NCBI GenBank assembly: GCA_030141605.1
Contig: JAQGDQ010001525.1
Span: 1-36,519 of the forward strand
DNA length: 36,519 nucleotides
DNA from: Tubiluchus corallicola
Lineage: Eukaryota; Animalia; Priapulida
Reading direction: 5' to 3'
The notes under the pieces are model-generated. The model did no database searches. It saw only the letters and a program-made list of their open reading frames with translations, and had not been told where the DNA came from. Positions within the stretch are counted from its first letter, which is position 1, and each line of letters opens with the position of its first letter. The position numbers and the translations under genes are program-made. Of this stretch, positions 15,701 through 25,889 are shown one piece after another.

Positions 15701-18700
15701 GATTACTGTTTAATCTTGTAAACTTTTTTTAAGTGCATCATGATGATTTTAGATATCTTTGTGAATCGTCTTTGAATATTGTCAGTTGTGTTGCCTATAG
15801 ATTTAGACGGTATATGAAATATCATCATCATCAGCATCAGCATCGTCGTCGTCATCGTCATTGTTATTATTATCATCATCATCATCATCGTCGGCGGCGT
15901 CATCGTCATTATTATTATCATCATCATCATCATTATCATCATCATCATCATCATTATCATCATCATCATCATTATCATCATTATCACCACCATCGTCGTC
16001 GTTGTCGTCGTCATCATCATCATTTTGTAATGTTTGACAATCTTGACATATTTGAAAGGACACTGCTAATTTGCATGCTACGTTTTTATTGAGATTTTTG
16101 TTTTTGTTTTCTGCTTTTTTATCAAAAATGCCATTCTTTTGCTGTAATTATAATTTACACATTTTACAGGATAGAAAGCCGCCACCACCCGTCAAGGGAG
16201 ATAAGGGAGATCGTGGTCCCGTTGGTTTTCCTGTATGCATGGTTTTTTATCCTTATTAGTATAAATGCAATTAATGATTCTGTTACCTGTTTTGTTTCGT
16301 TAAAATTGCATTGTTTTATTATATTTTAATGGTTTTGTAAAATAGGTAGAATGAATCACGGTTTTTTTGTTTTTGTTTTTGGATGCATTTAATTTCTTTT
16401 ATAAAAGATTGAAATTTTTTTGTCATGGTGCGTGACGCTGTATCATTACGTATCTTAATAAGTCTTTCCACAGTTTCGTTGTGCACAAGCGAAATTGCTG
16501 CAGGTCAAAGGTTAAGTATACTGTAGCAACACGTATTAATTAGAACTGTCACATAATGTGTGTAAAGCAAAGCGTTTGCCGCATCAGTTCAGTAACTTCA
16601 GTTGTTTTACATGGACTTTACTTAATTATGCATTAGTTTGTGTGCAGAGTGATTCTAGCAGGATCTTGCTTCGGAACAAGAACAGGAGAAAGAACAAGAA
16701 AGAACACTTGACCTTTGACCTTTTCACAATCAGCATCAATCGCTGGAACTGTGAAAAGACTTATTAATAACGAGTACCGAGTGCAGCTGCTGATGAGATG
16801 TTCTAATCAATGGAAAATAAACTTGGATTAAAAAGCAATCAGTTATTGAACAGCTGCAACTTGTTTTATTTATTCATTTTAGGGTGCAGTCGGTCAAAAA
16901 GGAGAGAAAGGACGGAGAGGTAAAGATGGCCTGCCAGGGTCAACTGGACCAGTCGGTCCACCCGGTCCTCCCGGCCCAGGCTGGCCACGCCCAGATATTG
17001 TAAGTGCATACCTCACATCGTCATGGTAGCTATTGTTTTTAAAATCAGTTATTATTTTAATTAAACTATTTTGAGCTGAGATTACTGCATTATTGATTAT
17101 AGGTAAGTACAGATGTTATAGTTTGTATAGAATTTTGTGAAAAATCTGTTGGTTTTATTTTAAATAGGAGAATCAAAGTGGTCCCAGTTCTGGTACTGAT
17201 GGTCTAGGTTTGCCTTCAGATGGTCGTCTCATTGGTCCACCTGGTATGAAAGGTGATAAAGGTGACAAGGTAATTTTCTAAGCAGTGATTCTGGTACAGT
17301 AGCTAAATATTGAAGCTTTAGTAAGCAGCATAGGCAGATCCAGGAAGGGGTGCAGTGGGTGCGTCCCCCTCCCCTTATTTTTTCCCATGTCAAAATTATT
17401 TTAAATCAGAATATATCCCTGATGTTCATGTGTAAAGTGTAAAGAAGGCGCACCCTTGCAGTCTACTGTTGTAATGGTGAACTAGTTGAATGTGATGAAA
17501 TGGGAGTCCATGCTGCCCTCGGGAAGCTGAGAGTGAAGCTGACTGTACATTTGCTCCCCGCCTCCCTCGAGGAAGCTGAGTGTGAAGCTGACTGTCCATT
17601 TGCTCCCCAACTCCTTCGAGGAAGCTGAGTGTGAAGTTGACTGTCCATTTGCTCCCCGCCTCCCTCGAGGAAACTGAGTGTGAAGCTTGCTGTCCACTTG
17701 CTCCCCGCCTCCCTCGAGGATACTGAGTGTGAAGCTGACTGTCCATTTGCTCCTCGCCTCCCTCGAGGAAACTGAGTGTGAAGCTGACTGTCCACTTGCT
17801 CCTCGCCTCCCTCGAGGAATCTGAGTGTGACTGACTGTCTATTTGCTCCCCGCCTCCCTCGAGGAAGCTGAGTGTGAAGCTGACTGTCCACTTGCTCCCC
17901 ACCTCCCTCGAGGAAGCTGAGTGTGACTGACTGTCTATTTGCTCCCCGCCTCCCTCGAGGAAGCTGAGAGTGAAGCTGACTGTCCATTCGCTCCCTGCCT
18001 CCCTCGAGGAAGCTGAGAGTGAAGCAGCTGACTGTCCACTTGCTCCCTGTCTCCCTCGAGGAAGCTAAATGTGAAGCTGACTGTCCATTTGCTCCTCGTC
18101 TCCCTCGAGGAAGCTGAGTGTGAAGCTGACTGTCCATTTGCTCCCCGCCTCCCTCGAGGAAGCTAAGTGTGAAGCTGACTGTCCATTTGCTCCCCGCCTC
18201 CCTCGAGGAAACTGAGTGTGACTGACTGTCCATTTGCTCCCCGCCTCCCTCGAGAAATCTGAGAGTGAAGCTGACTGTCCATTTGCCTTTTTTGGGCGAG
18301 TGTGGGGGGTGGTGAAAGAAAGAGATTTTCATGTACTTTCGCATGGGCGCCCCTTTTTAAAAATTCTGGATCTGCCCCTGTAGCGTGCACTTTATAGAAG
18401 AATATACTAGAAGTTATTAGTTTATTTTTGAAATCAGCGGCATGACGTGTTTGCCTGTATGCAGCTAAAGAGAATTTCACAATTTGCTGAAAATTTTATG
18501 TTCATTTTGAATTTTTTAGTATGTTTGTTTGTGCTTTTGCACAGTAAATCAATTCAGTGAGATCTTCTCAAATGTTCCATCCTATAAACTGTTGTCATGG
18601 TTACAAACTTTTCATTTTGCGTCTCTTAATTAACGACATTTCTCATCATTGTTTTGTAAACTGTTCATTTATCATAAAATAACAACCGTATCTAAATCAG

Positions 18701-21700
18701 TGAATTGATTATTTACTTTCAGTAAGTATGTTTTCTCCTTTCAGGGTGATCGTGGTACAACTGGACGACCCGGTCTAACTGGAGAACCGGGTCGGGATGG
18801 CTATCCTGGTAGGGACGGGAGAGTTGGTCCCGTGGGACCAAAGGTGACATGCACATCTCTATTCACGTGTTTAAACTGTTTCTCTTGACTGCATGTGTGT
18901 CTCTGAGAGGCATTTATGACAACTTCAAAAGTCTCAGTTGAATTTTCATATAAACCACTGATCTTTATTTCCGCAATATTTAAAAATCAAAATAGAAAGG
19001 CAAAGGTGACTGGCTAATTTAGTTGGATTGTTACATAGTTTAGTCCATTCATAAATATCAGTGAATAAATCAAAATAAAAATTAATAGAAGTAAACTTAC
19101 ATCGTTGTGGCATATAGCTAATGAGAAATTTCGCTAGCTTGCACAAGACACATGTTCACTCATACAACAGAACAGCATAAATTAAAAACGTAATTAGGTC
19201 AATGCCTACACTTTAAACTTTCTAGCTAGATGGAGCCACCTTGGCTACAAAAAATTTATTAAGTCAGGTTTACACTGTACTGTATTTATAATGGTTATAG
19301 TGAATTTTCACTTTAAATAGTTAAAAGTTCTTCCATCTTTCTGCGCAAACAATTTTTTAATATGACACGGTAATGTATACTTTACAGGGTGATAGAGGGA
19401 AACCGGGAGCCGGTCTCCCTGGTTCCATGGGTCTTCCTGGACCACCGGGTCCTCCAGGTCCTCCTGGTCCGTCTGCTAGACAAGGAGATGGCAGCTGGTT
19501 AGGTTCCTGGATGGGGAGCGATGCTGCGGCTGGGGAGGTAGGTATGCTCACTTGTTTTATAACATGGAAGATTTTGTAAAAATATTTTCGGGTTGCTTTT
19601 TATAAGAAAATCGATAATTTACAGGGTGCGCAGGCATCACTGAAGGGGGAGAAGGGAGAGAAGGGCGAGAGAGGGAAAGATGGCTTACACGGGGATCCTG
19701 GATTTCCGGGTAGAGATGGAGAACGGGGAGCAAAAGGAGAACCAGGCATGGATGGTTTACCAGGTCGAGATGGTTATGATGGCATTAATGGAATACCTGT
19801 GAGTGATGAGAAGTTTCATATGATTTCCATGTTTGATTTTTGACTTTGATTTTTCCATTTTTGATTTTTGCTTAAAATCCCATTAACTCCTTCAAGATCG
19901 CTTCATTCAGAATAGGTCTTATAAGACCTATGACTTTTCTGCTACTGTATGAGCACAGACATAACTAAATGATTACAAATTAGGTACTGTTCTATTCAGG
20001 AGAATCTCGGCTATCTAATTATGCTATTTGTTTAAATATTTATAAGTGATTTAATTGGATAAAATTAAGGAAAAGATGCCCTTTTCTGGCACTTCAACTT
20101 AGCTTATTGAGTAGCTAAGTCTGGTGTACACTTGTGTGATCGTACACGCTATTTTATTGATCACCTGCTTCCCACAGGCCAAGAGAACTGTCTACTGTAC
20201 AGAGTTGCAGGAAAAACCAACTGATCAGCCAAGGAGAAATTAAGGTCATTTCATCTTTTAACAGGAATTTCTCCTTAACAGTAGAGTAGACTTGAGGTCA
20301 AAGTGTATGAGAGTTTTGTGTCTGGACAGTTGAAAGTTTTCTGCATTAGCTGATTTCACACAAGTGATACTGTACTTTGTTACAGAGTAAACACTGCAGT
20401 TAGTTAAAGGTTTTTACAATTTGTTCTTCAAAAATTGATTTTTAATTTGTTTAAACAAATGCATTTCATAAGTAATCTTGCATGAAAATCCATTGTGTGA
20501 GGAGTAGAAACCTACACAATCGCTGCTTAGTGAGAGCAGTTTTTCATGAATCCATGCAAAATGCAACTTACGGTTAAGGCCCTGAAGGAGTCAACGGATG
20601 AGTAAGCCGAGATGTGCAGGGTTTTGACTTAATTTGATTGTAACGGAAGCTAACGATGAGCATTCTGGTATTTATAGGGACTCCCCGGCGAAAAAGGAGA
20701 TACCGGACCAATTGGACCAATAGGACCTCCTGGACCACCCGGTACTGTGGTCACCAGGGATGGAAAGTCTATTTTACCGGTAATAGAATTTGTATTAAAA
20801 TTATGGTTAGTTATTATGGAGAGTGTCTATTGCACATATTGTTTTCTGATTAACTTATAGATGCTTAATTTCTAACAAAATTGTTTCTTTGTTTAGTCAA
20901 AATAATATGATATGTGAGCTGCCACAGATAACTATATTACTCATACATCGGTTACTATATAATATAATTATTCATGTAAGCTGTACTGTCATGCATAACC
21001 GACAAAATGTCTTTAAAAATACGGTACTTGGATCCCCGTGTCACCGACTGAAGATAGCCACTATTGTAAGAAGAAAGTGCAAGTGAATTATTTAGACCAG
21101 CTCAAAAATTGCTGTTTTTTACCTTTTTGCATAATTCCCGCTCACAAATGGAGATACAAAAGGGTAAGAATTTTGTAAAAGAGACTCATGGGCAACAATA
21201 CGTACCAAGTTCAATATGATAACGATATCATTATCGCTGACATCCCTAATTGGCAGTGTACAAAAGTTCAGATAAAGCTATTTTAGCTACTTTTAGTCAT
21301 CTTAGCTACTAGAGCTGAGATGGTTAACCATTTAAACATTTAACTGACTGTTAACTAGTGTAGCTGAGAACCACTAACTGTTTAACCGTTACTTAGTCAA
21401 GTTTTCTACGTATCCGCATTAATGAAACCTTGTATCTTTTCTGAGTTGGCATACGCAGTTAACAATGTCCGACTTACATAAAATTGTACTATTTACAACA
21501 TTGTTTCAATTAATATGGTTGCCTTAAAAGCATCTTAATGATAAATTGCAAAAAGTTTTTCACTCGTGTATGTTAAGAGGATGCCGCCATGTTGGACATT
21601 CTCGCTGGCGCTTGCTAGATTTGAACCGCACCACTTAGTTGTGCCCAGAATGAACGTATGACGTCATCAGGAACGGTTAACGGTTAACCGACTGCAATTA

Positions 21701-22472
21701 ATAACGTTTAAATGGTTAGTTAAAAAGTCTAACCTCTCAGCCCTATCAGCTAGTTTAATTCAAGACTGACATTGGCCCAGGGCTGACATTGGCCCACAGG
21801 GCTGACATTGGCCCACAGGGCTGACATTGGCCCACAGGGCTGACATTGCCCCACAGGGCTGACATTGGCCCACAGGGCTGACATTGCCCCACAGGGCTGA
21901 CATTGCCCCACAGGGCTGACATTGCCCCACAGGGCTGACATTGCCCCACATATTAACTGAAATGAACTTTGATTAAATGTGAATTCAATGAACTCACCAA
22001 CTTCTTCCGTTTAGGGTCCTAAAGGAGACAAAGGTGAAAAGGGAGAATTAACGGTTGTTTTGGCAAAAGGAGACAAAGGAAGCCGAGGTAAAAGAGGGCG
22101 TCAAGGACATCCCGGTCCTCCAGGTGAAATGGGAGAAATAGGCATGCCCGGGCATCCTGTGAGTAAATCATGTCGGAATATGTACATCATTGCTGTCGAA
22201 AACGCTTAAATTTTTAGTAGATTTTCAGTAAATAAATGTTTACAAGTCTATTGTATAAGACCTACGTTTTAGTAAAGAGGAAATTACAATATGACTAAAT
22301 TACGACATGATATCATTAAATGTATATATGTTAAGTCTACTACAAAAAGACTTTACACATACCTATTATACTTTGTCCATGGTCATCCTTGATAATGAAC
22401 AAAGGAACAACATAGTGATTGTCAGGGCCATGTGACTGTTGGCTAGCTAGGCCTTTGGCACAGATAAATTAC

Positions 22473-22512
<40 letters not shown>

Positions 22513-25383
22513 CCTAATTCAGGTAATTACATGGCCAGTTGGACACGATGCCAGCTATACTATAGACTTGAATGACAATTACATGGGTCATTTATTACAA
22601 TGCTAATTTAACACTAGAGCCAGTTTGCAAAGGTGGATCCATGCAAATGGTGTAAAAACACTTTGACTTGAGTCATACCACACTGGCATAGTTCTCAACA
22701 ATTGCTTTATTATAAGTTGTCAATTTGTTGGTCTGTGAACAGTAAAGTTTGATACTTTTCCCTTCATAATTAACAAAAAAACTTTTACATTTTCAGGGTC
22801 CTCGTGGTTTCCCGGGTCCCAGAGGAATAGTAGGCTACGGAAAGAAGGGTGACAGGGGTGAACCGGGACCACCCGGTACTCCTGGTCAAGTCATTTCTAC
22901 TGACGATGGTAATCAATTTAGTTTCCTTAAACTCCAAATTAATTAACGCAAAACAGAATTATAATTGCGTATACTGCCCCATTTTCAAGTGTGATAAAAA
23001 GTAAACATTTTAAGACAATTAATACTGCAATAGTGTTTCTGATAATTAAATAATAGATTAAAAACTTGATTAACCGCGGGCAAGCCCAACTATTGATGAC
23101 ATCACAAACTAACATAATTTTCACCAGCAAAAATATTCTACGAGCCAGTTGCACATGTTTGTGAAAGCGAAAATTGAAGTACAGTGCTATTGTAAGGTAT
23201 TCAGTGTGTTGTGCTAAAAGTAGGCCAATTTTAAGATAAAAATTCAAATTTTAAATTTACTGCTGTGTTCACACATGAGCTGTCGAACGTCGCAAACTAA
23301 CACATTTGATCTGAGCGGTGCAGCACCTGTTTTCCGTGCAACGCATTTCAGAAATGCAGGTAGTACCCGTCTAACTAGCGATTGGTGAAGTGCATGTAGC
23401 AGCGAAGAACTAGTGGCGCGAACGTGAAATTGTGTTTTTGTGGAAACAATTGTTTTACTTAAGTCATTTTTGAAAAAAAACAGTATGCTTCCGCTCAATA
23501 TTTTGAAGAGTAGATTGTTTTGACGTACAGTTTAAAATTGGGTCCAATTTTGCATGTAAAATACTGAACTTCCTAAACTTTTTAGTTCTTTCCCATGTTT
23601 ATATGATCAACAGAAATTACTATGCAATTATTTGTCATTGATTGATTTCATTTCTTAACAGCTGGAAACCAAGTTGCATATGGTGTACAGGGTCCTCCCG
23701 GACCTATTGGGCCAGCAGGCCTTCCCGGCCCAAGAGGTTATCCGGGTGAACCTGGAATGGGGAAAATGGGACCACCAGGATTGCCTGGTAAGCCTGGAGA
23801 AATGGGAAAGACTGGATTAATGGGACCAGTAGGACCCAAAGGAGAAAAAGGACCTCCAGTATGTATATATTTACTGCTATTGTGATCATTAGCTAGGTTC
23901 ACGTGTACTTGACATTGCCATGACTTTATGTACTTAACATTGCCATGACTTTATGTACTTAACATTGCCATGATTTTATGTACTTAACATTGCCATGATT
24001 TTATGTACTTAACATTGCCATGACTTTATGTACTTAACATTGCCATGATTTTATGTACTTAACATTGCCATGACATTATGTACTTAGCATTGCCATGACA
24101 TTATGTACTTAGCATTGCCATGACATTATGTACTTGACATTGCCATGATTTCATGTACCTAACATTGCTATGATTTCATGTACCTAACATTGCTATGATT
24201 TCATGTACCTAACATTGCCATGATTTCATGTACCTAACATTGCCATGATTTCATGTACCTAACATTGCCATGATTTCATGTACTTAACATTGCCATGATT
24301 TTATGTACTTAACATAGCCATGACTTTATGTACTTACCATTGCCATGATTTCATGTACTTACCATTGCCATGATTTCAAGTACTTAATATTACCATGATT
24401 TCATGTACTTAACATTGCCATGATTTCATGTACTTAACATTGCTATGACTTTACATACTTAATATTGCCATGATTTCATGTACTTAACATTGCTATGATT
24501 TTGATGTACTTTAGATATATTTAACATTTGCATAATTTTGGAGTGGTCCCTAATCAGTAGGCATTACAAATAAACGAAGGTAGGATCGTGAGTTCACAAT
24601 TTGAGTGTCGCTTTTGTAATCTGAAAGTGGCTTCTTCCACATACCTGCATAAAAACTTTTCTTACCTGTACAAGATTTAACATATATTTTCAGGGCCCAC
24701 CGGGGAATGTTATATCAGGAGGTAGTGCAGACAATGCTTTTTATGCGCAAGGGCCTCCCGGACCCCCTGGACGAGATGGTATCGGAAAACCCGGACCGCC
24801 AGGTGTGATATTCACTTCAAGAAATTGTTTAAACTCTTAATGGTTTTTGCATAACAACAAAATATACTGATAATTAAAGTGTTCATATACATGTGTTTAT
24901 GATATTCGTGTTTTGTCTACGGAAACTCAAAGCATCAAGTCTGGCTTTGCTATAGTTGCTAGATGCAGATTCACTTGTGTGAGCCACTGAACTATGCGAT
25001 GTGACTTAATAAGTATCAATAATAATTGCTCATTCTTAAAAACACACTCCATCTGAAGATCTCTGTTTTTTTTACAGTGAAACTGAAGTAGATAAAAAAA
25101 TCACATTAAATTAATCGCATTAAAAATAATTATGCAGTTACAATATAAAATATATATAACTACGTATGATATTGAATAGAAATTCTCCGTCATAGTTTAC
25201 AGTAAAAATAGTTAAAATAGTTATAATTTCTAATTTATAGATTAAAACTTGCATGAAAATGAATAGAAAGTTACAGTTACAAAATAGTTACAAATTAATG
25301 TACTAAAAATAATAAAAACTCATTGGTTACAAGAAAATACAGAGCTTTAATTATGTACTTATCCATTATCAGATGTAGATACG

Positions 25384-25478
<95 letters not shown>

Positions 25479-25744
25479 AATTCCAAACGTCCGTGGTAGA
25501 AAATTTTATCCGATTTTAATATTCTTATGTATGTTTTTGTTACATTTTGAACTGTTTCAGGGCCACCTGGTCGTGATGGAGTAAGGGGTGCTCCTGGTCC
25601 TCCCGGTCCTGCTGGAGAACTTACGGCTGGTTCTAAGAGCGGAGCTGTGAGTATGAAGCTTAATTTATAGGTGGTTATTTAAAAGTGTTGTATTGTTGTT
25701 GTTGTTGTTGTTGTTGCTGCTGTTGCTGCTCTTGCTATTGTTGC

Positions 25745-25785
<41 letters not shown>

Positions 25786-25856
25786 CTATTGTTGCTGCTG
25801 TTGTTGTTGTTGCTGCTGCTGTTGCTCTTGCAGCTGTTGTTGCTCTTGGTGTTGTT

Positions 25857-25889
<33 letters not shown>

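Noticed and set aside
15703-16092. Poly-His, poly-Asp and poly-Met ORFs
   Set aside because: Trinucleotide tail of a LINE remnant
17090-17108. tattgattatAG|GTAAGT as a recursive site or micro-exon donor
   Set aside because: Weak pyrimidine tract, host intron only 168 nt, and no frame-compatible micro-exon
17426-18480. 293-aa and overlapping ORFs
   Set aside because: Arise from a 49-bp minisatellite cycling through all frames inside a MITE
24640-24672. Two adjacent minus-strand AG|GT motifs (tacag|gtaaga, tgcag|gtatgt)
   Set aside because: No minus-strand exon chain around them; cannot be distinguished from chance
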